In this document: in pieces, positions 1 to 9,505 of the stretch | Position numbering within the stretch: position 1 is the stretch's first letter | Layout of the letters: each line of letters starts with the position of its first letter | The notes under the pieces: model-generated | What the model was told of the DNA's origin: nothing | The model's database searches: none | Seen by the model: the letters and a program-made list of their open reading frames with translations, nothing else | NCBI GenBank assembly: GCA_016748015.1 | Contig: JAAOMT010000320.1 | Location: forward strand, 1-14,283 | From: Geosiphon pyriformis uo1 | Lineage: Eukaryota; Fungi; Glomeromycota | Length of the DNA: 14,283 nt | Direction of reading: 5' to 3' | Position numbers and translations under genes: made by a program

Positions 1-469
1 AGCACTCTATGATGCATGGGCAGCAGTAAAATTTTGTGGTTGTGGAGTATTCCTCATCATCGCCACAGCATGTGCCTATTGACAACAATTTCTTGCTGCA
101 ATTGATGCATTCCAATTTTGGTTGACAATAATTGGTTGATGGTGATGAAATGTACATGTCTGAACTATAAGTACTGCTAGTGAGAGTGGTTCCTTCTTTT
201 TTCTCCTTTCCCTTTCCCTTATCAGTTTCTTCTTACTTTCAGTTGGCTGGTTCATCTTGATCATTATCAGTTTCCCAGTTTTGGTCAGTTTTCCAGATAA
301 GTTCTTTGTTTTCCTTACCTTTTCCCTTATCATCCCAAGAAAATATTGGTGGTAGCTTGTTGTGATCTTTGTTAGCCCATGAGACTTGGTAGACTTCCCA
401 GGTCAGTTTTCTTGTTTTTTTCTCAAACTCAATGAATGGTTGGGCATTGCTTGGCTTAAAGTGACCACA

Positions 470-840
470 AGTGGCTGGTGTTTGAGTATGCTGACCACCA
501 AAAGTTAATTGTAGTTCTTGGGTGGTCCAATCAAGAGTAGCATGGGTTTTTGACAACCAATTGTTGCCCACCAAAGCCTGGTATTGTGTGGCTTCCATCA
601 CAAAGATCTTGATAGGTACCATGATGCCATTAATTTCAATAGGTAGATTGTCTATTTTGCCTATTGGAGTTTTGATTGCTCCATCAGCTGTAATGATCCT
701 TGCACTGGCAGCTCGGTCAACTCAGCAACCTAATTGATCCATAAGTTGCTTTGTTATGATGCTGCCAGCTGATTCACTATCCAAGATCAGTTTGATGGTG
801 TGGCCATCAATTTTGGCATTCATATACATGGCGGTAATTG
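470..840 (-). pseudogene. Retropepsin-type aspartic protease, element C
   Basis: KIDGHTIKLILDSESAGSII (D-S-G decayed to DSE at 773-781) and the C-terminal ALVGNNWL motif. Confidence 0.88.
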
Positions 841-1239
841 GTTTTTCTTCCAGGGCTGCTCTACTGAATAACAGAATTTTGATTGTTTCTTTCAAGTCGA
901 AAGGAAAGATGGCCACAAGCAATTTGTCATTGGTAACAGTTGCTGGTAGAATGTTGTTGACAAGTGTTTGTTATTGGTTGAATCCTGAATTGTTGGTAGT
1001 GGCATCTTCTAGGATAACCAGGAGACTTAAATAGTTCTGAGAATTCAGGTTTTAGGTGGCACTGGTACCTGAATTTCGAGAACACAATTCTGATGGTGAG
1101 TTGAAAGAACTGGGGATCAGTTGGTAGACAACTATCGCCGATCTCCAGTTTTGTGTGATTCTAGGTCTGGGGTGGCCTGATGTCATATTAACTGAATTTT
1201 GGGGCGGTGTCTGAATTGATTGGAGTTGATAGATTATTT

Positions 1240-1308
1240 GTAGCTGTGGTTGATATATTACAGGTGGCTGTGGTTGATATATTGCTGGTGGCTGTGGTTG
1301 ATAAACTG
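1240..1308. repeat. ~3 copies of a 24-bp coding tandem repeat (YQPQPP[V/A]I) in the Gag C-terminus
   Basis: gtagctgtggttgatatattacag / gtggctgtggttgatatattgctg / gtggctgtggttgataaactg. Confidence 0.85.
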
Positions 1309-1462
1309 GAGTCTGATATACTGGTACTGGGTAAATTGGCTGCTGTGTTATTGGCAGGTAAGTGTTTTGATATTGTTCCTAATTTTGTTGATATCTCAGA
1401 GTTTGAAATTGGCAATCGGGGTTTCTATATTGATTTCTTGATTGTTGGTTGTTATAAGTATT

Positions 1463-1504
1463 GCAGTTTGCTCTGATGTGCCCTTGTTTACCACAGTTGT
1501 GGCA
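1463..1504 (-). other. Gag nucleocapsid zinc knuckle, element C
   Basis: CHNCGKQGHIRANC = Cx2Cx4Hx4C, in the gag frame. Confidence 0.92.
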
Positions 1505-1699
1505 GACATGCGTCTCTGGCTGCCACTACTGATTGGCCAATGTTGAGAGATGTGCTTGATTTTGGGAATGATTGTAGTTTCCTGAATTGCTGCATCATTT
1601 AGGTGGTTGATAAATTGCACAATTGTCAGCTAAGTATCCTTCTAATTTCTGATTAATTGAATTACTGAATTGTTTCAATTTGGAGTTCAATTCAGATGA

Positions 1700-2242
1700 T
1701 TTGTTCATCACTAAATTAATGGCTTGGGCATGATTGGCCTCAGACTCAGCTGATTCGAAATCTTTGGCGCATGTGACTGCATTTTGAAGGGTGTCTGAAT
1801 GCAACGGGCGTACATGTTGCAAGATGCTGCTGCACAGGCCATGGGTAAACTGGTTAAGGATCTGTGGCACTGTGAAATAGTTGGCGTCAATTGCCTGGAT
1901 CTGACGTAGATTTCTATGGAAGCATTTTAGGTAAGTGGTGACTGCTTCAGTTTCTCCTTGCTTCATGGTGGTGAATGTATTGACTAGGCAGTTGATACTG
2001 TTATTGTTGCTAAAGTATCTTAAAAATTCCACTTTGAAGACATTGAAGTCTTGTGGTTTATTGATTAAGCTCTGATACCATGAATTGGCAGTATCTTTGA
2101 GAAAATAGGAAATGGCTTGCATTGCTCGGGTGTCATTCTATCCGTTGGCTATAATGGCTTTTTCTATATCATTCAGCCATACTTGAGCATCATCCTCTTT
2201 GCCAGTGAAATTATCCAGTTTCGCGATTGGTGCATAGGCCAT
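1700..2242 (-). pseudogene. Retrotransposon Gag capsid-like domain, element C
   Basis: KLDNFTGKEDDAQVWLNDIE...YFLKDTANSWYQSL...FKVEFLRYF...MKQGETEAVTTYL...QFTHGL, typical of Ty3/gypsy capsid. Confidence 0.88.
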
Positions 2243-3268
2243 TGGATCTAAGTTGGGTGGTTGTGGTGGCTGTTGAAGCAGTTGTTGATTTTGGTGAGGT
2301 GGTAGTTGAAGTGGCTGCTATATGAGTTCGGCTATTGAATTAATTAGTGGTTGATTGATAACAATTACCAAAGGTAAGTTTGATTGATTAATTAGATTGG
2401 AGTTTTGATTATTTTGAGTTGGTGGTGGCTGAATATTTGGAGTTTCAACTTCCAAATTTACTGAATTTAAATTTTGCTGGTTCTGAAGATCCAGGGTTTC
2501 AAATTCTGGGTTTTCAGTGATCGGATTCTGGTAAGTGAATTCTTGATCCTCAGTTTTTTTTTCTTCTTTTTTTTCTGATTCCGTTACCTCCCATGGATCA
2601 GAGATTCCAAAATCTGGTAGAGATGGCAGTAATCAAATTTCTGATGGCATTGGTGATCACGATTTAAATCCCTCAAAATATTCGCCATATGGTCCTAATA
2701 ACTCCGCTTTTTTTTGTTTACTTTGGAATGGGAATCATCCAAATGTTGATGTCATGTTTGGTGTGGATGTGCCTGCAGATAAAATATTGATAGTGCTTCT
2801 GGGTGTGTGATAATATGATGAATATAGTGGAAATTCAATTCTTTGTTTCTTTTAGGTTGGTAGTTGTATCTCTTTAGGCATTACTGTTGGTGTTTGTAAC
2901 CTTCTTTTGCCTTTATTTGTGTAGGTGATAGGAAATTGTTATTGAGTGTACCTTTCAATAGTTTGATTGATTTCTCTGATTATTGATGTGAAACTATAGT
3001 TCCTTGGTAAGTTGGTGTGTTGGAATAATTCTGTGTAAAAGTTTTCTCTTGCTGCTTTAATGTTAACTGTCCCTCCTAAGCATTCAGTAATTTTGTTGAC
3101 ATAAAAGTTGAAGGCTGATTCGGCTGGGTAATAATTACTGTTTAATTCTAATTGTTGGTTGTATTGTTAAAACAAGAATTTTGTGAATCCTAAATAGTTT
3201 GCTTCTATATTTTCTGATTCTGCCACTTTTGGTTTTTTCTTGTTGGTGCTAGTTCTCTGTAAGATTAT

Positions 3269-3286
3269 ACTTCACAGGAAGCACCA
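3269..3286 (-). other. Primer binding site, element C
   Basis: TGGTGCTTCCTGTGAAGT starts 2 nt after the LTR end ...TGTAACA. TGG is complementary to tRNA CCA. It resembles elongator Met/Ile-type 3' ends, but the tRNA identity is not established. Confidence 0.85.
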
Positions 3287-3830
3287 AATGTTACAGATGA
3301 GTCTTTGGGGTGTCAAGTAAATAACAAATCATAACTTGGTGCTCAAAGTGATTAGTAACAATGATAATCTGAAGGTATTTTATCTGAAGGTTTTTCAATT
3401 GAGTTTTTTGTATAATGGACAGAGATTCACTGGTAACAGTTTATTAGTAGTTTCCTGAAACCATAGTTTTGTCGATGGCTTGCTCAGCTTGATGGTTGAT
3501 AATTCTCCTTGTACGATATCTTCTGTAAGTGTATACTAGTGCTGTTTCCTGATGTCAGTTCCTCCATAAGTCCTCCAAAAGTAAGTATTGTTTAAGCAAG
3601 TTTATTCCTCCATAAGTCTTCCAAGAGTAAATCCTTTAATTAAGTTAGTAGACAATAAGAAAATAAAGAAAAAATAAAAGAGAAGATAAAAAATAAGCCA
3701 AGGCAATTTGCAAGTTAGTATTTCATCAATAGCCATGATCAAGAGCTATTGTTCCAGTATGGTTAAGTATCAGTTTCTATTAACATGAAGTGTTGATAGT
3801 GAAAAATGAATTTGATATAACAAATAATTA

Positions 3831-4100
3831 TTTATTGAAGATTGTGGTAACTAAGCTAAAGATTCTTTGTGTCAATTCTGTCCTTTCTGTTTCTAATGCT
3901 ACTGTTATATATACATATTTGAGATTCCTTAATTCCTCAATTCCTTGCGACAAGAATCCTGTGATTCCTAATGAGAGAAATCCTAGAATTTTGGAATCCT
4001 GCGATTTCTTGTCAAAAAATCCTGAAATTCCTTGAATTCTGCAATTCCTCTAAGAGAAATCTTGAAATTCCACATTTACTATGTCTACATCTGATTGGCT
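3831..4100 (-). promoter_or_regulatory. LTR promoter and polyadenylation signals, element C
   Basis: On the minus strand: AGCCAATCAG (4091-4100), TATATATAA (3905-3913) and AATAAA (3831-3836). All three occur in the same order in the other LTR. Confidence 0.65.
3921..4072. repeat. Degenerate ~9-bp GAATCCT/AATTCCT repeat array in U3, element C LTR
   Basis: Many gaatcctg, aattcct and gattcct units between the CCAAT and TATA boxes. Confidence 0.8.
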
Positions 4101-4186
4101 AATATTTACTGATTAATAATACTATATTTCCTATATTCTATAAATAACATCATGTCTATCATGTCTTTATATATTCTTTTGATGGA

Positions 4187-5570
4187 TTAATTTAATGTGT
4201 TGTTGTTAATGATGATGATTGGTTCCAGATCTTATGGAATCTCTTTTGGTTGGACTATTATCTTTTGTATTCCTAATTGTGGAATATTACTGGTAAATGG
4301 TAGTGTACTGTTGTGGTATGGTTTCAGTCAATCTCCATGTGCTGCTTTGGTTAAGATTTTGTTATCCAGTCTTAATTTGTAAGCTCTATTTCCTAGAATT
4401 TTTTTTATGTGAAATAGTCCATCCCATTTGAAGTCAAATTTTTCACTCTATTGTTTTTCCACTTTGGTATGATGTAAGAATATTTTGTCTCCAATCTTAA
4501 ATTCAACTGATTTGTTTGGTAGTTAATTATTATGTCTTTCTTTTTGTTTCTCTTGTGACTTTTGTATGTTATCAGCTGTTCTTTTTCATTTGTTTTCCAA
4601 TGTTTCCATTAAGTCATATGTTCTTCTTAACAATGTTTCTTGGAAATTTTCTTCTGTTATTGATTCAGTTGGATATGTATTAACCTCTATCTCAACTGGT
4701 AATATTGCTGTTCTATCATATATCAATTCAAATGATGTTGCTTGTGTGATGTCTTGCTTCATTGTCCAATAAGCAAATAATACTAATGGTATGGACAAAT
4801 CCTATTTGTCCTGGTTTTTTTGGCTGAGTTTTGCTATTGCTTTACACAATGTTCTATTAAATCTTTCAACTAATTAATTGGTTTGTGGATGATATGGTGA
4901 TGATAGTGGTCTCTTAATTCCGAATCTTTGGCTTAGTTCTGCTAATGTTCTACTCACAAAATGAGTTTCTTGGTCTGATAATAGTTCTTTTGGACATCTA
5001 TGTCAACAAATCAGATCTTGATGTATGAATTCAGCAACAGATTCTGCATCTGCTCTTTGAATTGCTTTGGCCTCTGGCCATTTAGTAAGATAGTCCATAG
5101 CTACTGCAATATATCTGTTGCCTCTGCTGGTAATTGTCAATAATCCGACTAAATTGATTCCAATGTGGTCAAATGGTTGTCCCTCTTTGATTGGTCTCAA
5201 TGGTTTGCTGGGTCTTTGTTTCTCTTCTTCTTTGACAATCATCACAATTTTGCACATATTGGATGATGTCTAAATATATTGATGGCCAATAGTATCTCTT
5301 TCTGGTTCTTTCTATGGTTGCTTCTTTATGAAAATGTTCTGCCATTGGATCTGAGTGCATATTGAACAGTATTGTTTCCTTTTTTGGTTCTGTAATTACT
5401 CTGGTTGGTTGATCTGCATCTTTTTTATTTTTCTGATAAAGTATATTTTGGTGAGTAATAAAATATTTGGATTGTTGTTTGATCCTCTTTTGTTTTGGTT
5501 GAGATAATTTCTCCTTGAACTGTTAAGTATCTATATAATGTTGAAATTGTTAATATTTTTGTGTGTTCAT
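4187..5570 (-). pseudogene. Integrase, element B
   Basis: HHCC (HSDPMAEH...CDDC), core GINLVG...AMDYLTKWPEA...LLSDQETHF...SPYHPQTN*LVERFN and a GPY/F-like KFDFKWDGLF..AYKL. Ends DLEPIIIINNNTLN* (stop 4187-4189). One frameshift near 5215. Confidence 0.93.
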
Positions 5571-5639
5571 CTTTTGTTATATTTTCGTGAGTATTGTTTT
5601 GGTTTTGTTATATTTTTGGTTTGAAATGTTCTTAAATAT

Positions 5640-5990
5640 GTCTCATTCACGACAAACCATCAGCATTTCTATTGTCTTTTCCCTTTTTATAATGTATGGT
5701 ATAAGTATATGTCAAAAGAGCCATTTTCTATCTTGACTGTCTTCTGTCTCCAAATTCTTGTTTTTGGAGTGATGTCAATCCTTTGTAATCTGTGTACACC
5801 TCAAACTTTTGGCTCAAGTATTCTTTCCATTTCATAACTGCCCAATAGATTGCTAGATGTTCTAATTCTGGTGTTCTATAGTTCTTTCGGCTGGAGTCAA
5901 ATCTTGGCTGGCATATGTGACTGGATGTTCTCTTCCATCCAATCCTCTCTGAGATAGTACTGCTCCCAATGCTTGACCTGCATCAGTAGT
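5640..5990 (-). pseudogene. RNase H, element B
   Basis: IITTDAGQALGAVLSQ...YAS...AER/NY..PELEHLAIYWAV...FEVYTDYKGL...KGKDNRNADGLS, with a 1-nt deletion near 5883. Confidence 0.9.
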
Positions 5991-5999
5991 AATAATGAA

Positions 6000-6960
6000 T
6001 AGTTTACTATAATCTGGATAGATCAATATTAGAGCTTGAATAAGCTTTCTTCTTAAGATGTTAAATGCTTCTTGCTGAGTTTCAGTCCATTCATACTTTG
6101 CATTTTTGGTTTGAAAATCATTGAGTGGTTGTGCTATCTTTGAAAAGTTCTTTATAAAGCATCTATAATAGCTTGTAAATTCTAAGAATAATTTCAGCTC
6201 GATTACGTTGGTTGGTATTGGAAAGTTCTTTACTATCTCTATTTTCTTCAGATTTGTTTTTATGCCATCTTTGCTAACTATGTGTTCCAAGAATTTTAGT
6301 TCTGTTTTGCCAAAAAAACACTTTGTTGTATTCAATTTTAATCCTGCTTGTTGTAATCTTTCAAACACTTGTTGAAGATGACGTAGATGATCATCGAATG
6401 TTTTTGAGAACACATTGGTGTCATCCAAGTATACAACTACTGATTTCCACAATAAGCTGGTATACACAATTTCCATTAGCTGTTGAAATGTAGCTGGAGC
6501 ATTGGTTAAGCTGAATAGCATAACTTCAAACTCAAAGTTTTCCTCTCTTGTAGTGAATGCCATTTTTTCTTTGTTGGCTGAATTCATGGCTACTTGCCAG
6601 TAACCACTATCCAAGTCTAATGTTAAGAACCATTTGTTTCCACCAAAAGTGTCAAATAGTTCTTGTATCCATGGAGTTGGATAGCTGTCTCTACGAGTTA
6701 CACCATTGAGTTTCCTGTAGTCTATACAAAATCAGATTTTTCCATTCTTCTTATGGATGAGTACTACTGATGATGACCATGAGTTCATTGATGGCTGAAT
6801 TAACCCGTTGTCAAGCATTTGGTTGATCTCTTAACGGATGATTTCATGGCTAGCTGGTGGTACCTTATATGCTCATTGTTTGATTGGCATTGTATCTCCA
6901 GTCTTGATTTGATGCTCGATAATATCAGTTCTGCCAAATTCGTTTTCACTGGTGAAGATG
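6000..6960 (-). pseudogene. Reverse transcriptase (plus connection), element B
   Basis: FCIDYRKLN, LDLDSGYWQV, MLFSLTNAPATFQ, VVVYLDD (6420-6431), KFLEHIVS and decayed FLG..SYYR.FI motifs. Confidence 0.96.
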
Positions 6961-7457
6961 TCATTGAAATTATTGAGTAATATCTTTAGTTGCATCTGTT
7001 AAAGTAGGTCTAGATTTTCTATGTTCATTTGTTCCAATTGTTCTGGCTGTAACAAATAACATTTATTTTGTCTGTAGATGGTTTGTGATGTAATGTCCAC
7101 ATATCCACAAAGCTGTGGAAAATCTGAAATGCTGCTTGGTGCTTGATCTTCAATTTCTGTGGTTAAATATCCAAGAGTGGTTTCTTCCAGTATCTCTACA
7201 ACATTTCTGGTGTTGTTGTAGATGGGAATTTTGATATGATTATGGCTCTTGGCTGGTATGTGTAGATTAATAAGTCCAATTTCTCCTGATTCACAAAGAG
7301 TTGCTTCTGCTTCAAAAATCTGTTCTTGTTTCTTCTCTCTCCTTTCTATTGCTAACATGTATCAGCTATATGGTGGAATGGAAATTGTTTGACCAGTTGA
7401 GATAATTTTTCCTTGGCCAATAATTTCTTCGTCCACCATATTGACTGGTATATTTAT

Positions 7458-7853
7458 TCTATCTATTGATCCAAATCCCTGTATTCCTCTTACTGTTATC
7501 CCTAATTCTTTCCTATTTCTTATTAAAACTAACTGAGTGATTTTCACTAGAGGCAAGAATATTGCCTGTGCTATCTTTTCATTTGGCTCTATAACATAAG
7601 CCTTTTCTGAGTCATTTTGTAGCATAACAATAATATTTCCTACATATCCTGCATCAATTATTCCTCTTTTGATGTTTATTTTCTTTTTTGCTAAACTACT
7701 CTTAGATGCTAATTGAACCATTGTTGTTGCTGGAATTTCCAGTGCTATTTTTAGATTGATGCAAGTGTGCAAATGAGGTTCCAATTTGATGGCACTTTTT
7801 CCTGGGTATCTCAGATCAAATCCTGCATTAGTATTATGCACACGTTCTGGCAT
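7458..7853 (-). pseudogene. dut: Trimeric-type dUTPase domain within the polyprotein
   Basis: All five motifs in order: AGFDL, ASKSSL (from RSS), GIIDAGYVG, EKIAQ and RGIQGFGS. Same frame as protease and RT. Confidence 0.93.
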
Positions 7854-7869
7854 GATACTTTCATCATTA

Positions 7870-9050
7870 TCACTAAACTATTTCAGTTCTTGCTCTTTGG
7901 TGAGGTCAGGGAGTGCAATATATTGTTCATAGTTTAAGTTTGAATCTGAGTTGGAATCATTGTTATAGCCATTTTGAATGGAGCTGGAACTCTTATTTTT
8001 GTTATCATCATTGTCAGAATTTAAATCAGGGTTAGAACTTGATTCTGATTCTGATGTGCAGCTGTTGATTGGTTCTTCTTCTTTAGGGATTGTGTAGATT
8101 ATGCGTGGTGGTGGATTGTAGATAAGGTCACAATCATCACAGAATTGGAAATCACATAGAATTAAACAGTAATCACATAATTGGGTGTTAATTTCTTCCA
8201 AGTGTTGCTCTTGTTCTTCTTTCATGGGTGCTAGATTTTGATAGTGTTCATGGAATTCTTCTGGGCTGTTTTCTAAGTCGATAAAGGCATCTGGATTGAG
8301 AACCAAAACAATGTCTATTGGTTCTGGAGGGTTATTCTTGATCTCCAGAATTTCATTGGGTAAAGCACCTTCTACTTTGGCATTGGTCATTCACCAGATC
8401 TTGTCCTCGTCATGTGGATAGTCATCTAGGCAGAATATAGCTCGGTGCTATGCTGCTATAATGGGTAAATTACGACTTACCCAGTTGCTAATGAGGATTA
8501 TGTATTGGCACAAAGTGTTGCACATTCTTCCTTAACCAGGAATGTTATTCCACATTCCTTCATCAAGTAATTGTTTGCTGTAAGTGAGACATGGTTTGTT
8601 GTTCCACTTGCTTTGTCTTTTTAGGTAGCCATATCATTCTCTATGGCAGGGCTTGCAATAGTAATGGGTTCATGTCTAGTAGTTTTCGTCTGACACTATC
8701 CAAGCTCTCATTAAGGACAGTTTTTTTCCACAGTCCTTGCATTTGAAAGATATATATGGTGGCTTTTTTATTGGTTCACGTAAGTATTTTTTTTCCCAGC
8801 CACTAGTTATTTTTTCTGCAGTGGTGGTTTCTTCAGGTATGTTTTCTTCTCTTCCTTTCCCTTTTTTCTTGGTCTTTTCTTTTCAATCTAGAATTAGTGA
8901 CATCTTACTTTGGTTGTTGTCGGTCCAAGTGTCAATGGTGGCTTCTCAGGTAGGTTTTTCTCTTTGTTTCTCCTTTCTGTTGTTGTTGTTGTCCTAGGCA
9001 AGTATTGGCGGCAGTTCATTGTGGTTGACGTTGGCCCACAAGACTTGATA
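7870..9050 (-). pseudogene. Cys-rich, acidic domain of unknown function between protease and dUTPase
   Basis: In-frame translation gives CKDC..x22..CKPC, CLT[Y<C]..CNTLC and CDYC.x3.C.x4.CDDC, followed by an S/N/D-rich linker. Confidence 0.75.
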
Positions 9051-9129
9051 CACTTCTCAGGTGAGTTTTGCTTTTTCTTCCTCAAATTTGATAAGTGGTA
9101 TTGATGACGTGATGATGGGCTTGAAGTGG

Positions 9130-9505
9130 CCACACATGGCTGGTATCCGTGTGTGTTAACCATTCTGGCTAAGCTGGAGCTCTTGGGTGTTTCAATCTAA
9201 GGTCACATTGGTTTTGAACAGCCAGTTGTTTCCAATGAGTGCTTGGTATTGAGTGGCTTCCATAACGAGTACTTTGATTGGTACTATGATGCCATTGACT
9301 TCTATGAGGAAATCATCAATCTCTCTAATGGGTGTTTTGGTCGCTCCATCGGCTATAATAATCCTGGCACTGACAGCACAATCAACTCAGTGACCTAATT
9401 GATCCATGAGTTGTCTTGTGATAATGCTGCCAGCTGATCCATTATCTAGAATCAGTTTGATGGAGTGACCATCAACTTTTGCATCAGTGTACATCATGGT
9501 AATGG
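9130..9505 (-). pseudogene. Aspartic protease, element B
   Basis: KVDGHSIKLILDNGSAGSII (DSG decayed to DNG at 9438-9446) and ALIGNNWL. Confidence 0.9.

Larger units (their letters stand above)
1..3226 (-). pseudogene. gag-pol polyprotein 5' part, element C (N-terminal extension, capsid, nucleocapsid, protease, start of Cys-rich domain)
   Basis: GTG 3226, MAYAPIAKLDNFTG (ATG 2242) and ORFs 1595-2122, 722-922 and 239-622 all share one frame, interrupted by point stop codons. Confidence 0.9.
1..4149 (-). mobile_element. Ty3/gypsy LTR retrotransposon, element C (5' part; continues beyond left edge)
   Basis: LTR 3289-4149 and PBS, followed by gag, a CCHC knuckle and protease, colinear with element B. 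Confidence 0.93.
3289..4149 (-). repeat. Long terminal repeat (861 bp), 5' LTR of element C
   Basis: TGTTA...TAACA terminal inverted repeats, homology to 11963-12818, and an adjacent PBS. The left boundary is firm. The right boundary is where homology with the other copy breaks. Confidence 0.85.

Noticed and set aside
522-1034. Plus-strand ORFs antisense to protease (also 8737-9104, 9487-9702, 4197-4772, 13476-13685)
   Set aside because: Short antisense shadows of pol with no recognisable motifs.
3289-3530. 3' part of U5 as a conserved coding extension of gag
   Set aside because: Several single-base indels between the two LTRs break frame correspondence.
3559-3630. CRISPR-like repeat-spacer-repeat
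   Set aside because: Only two units, inside a eukaryotic LTR, with no cas genes.
3651-3695. A/G-rich tract as the polypurine tract
   Set aside because: It is purine-rich on the + (antisense) strand and lies inside the LTR.
3700-3800. Hammerhead-type ribozyme in the conserved U5 block
   Set aside because: No CUGANGA...GAAA core is conserved in both copies on either strand.
3790-4035. Plus-strand 81-aa ORF in the LTR
   Set aside because: It has a non-ATG start, lies over the repeat array and has no counterpart in the other LTR.
4187-4330. Chromodomain or env gene after integrase
   Set aside because: No chromodomain motif (Y.VKW.G...TWE) is present, and no env-like ORF appears in the visible part.
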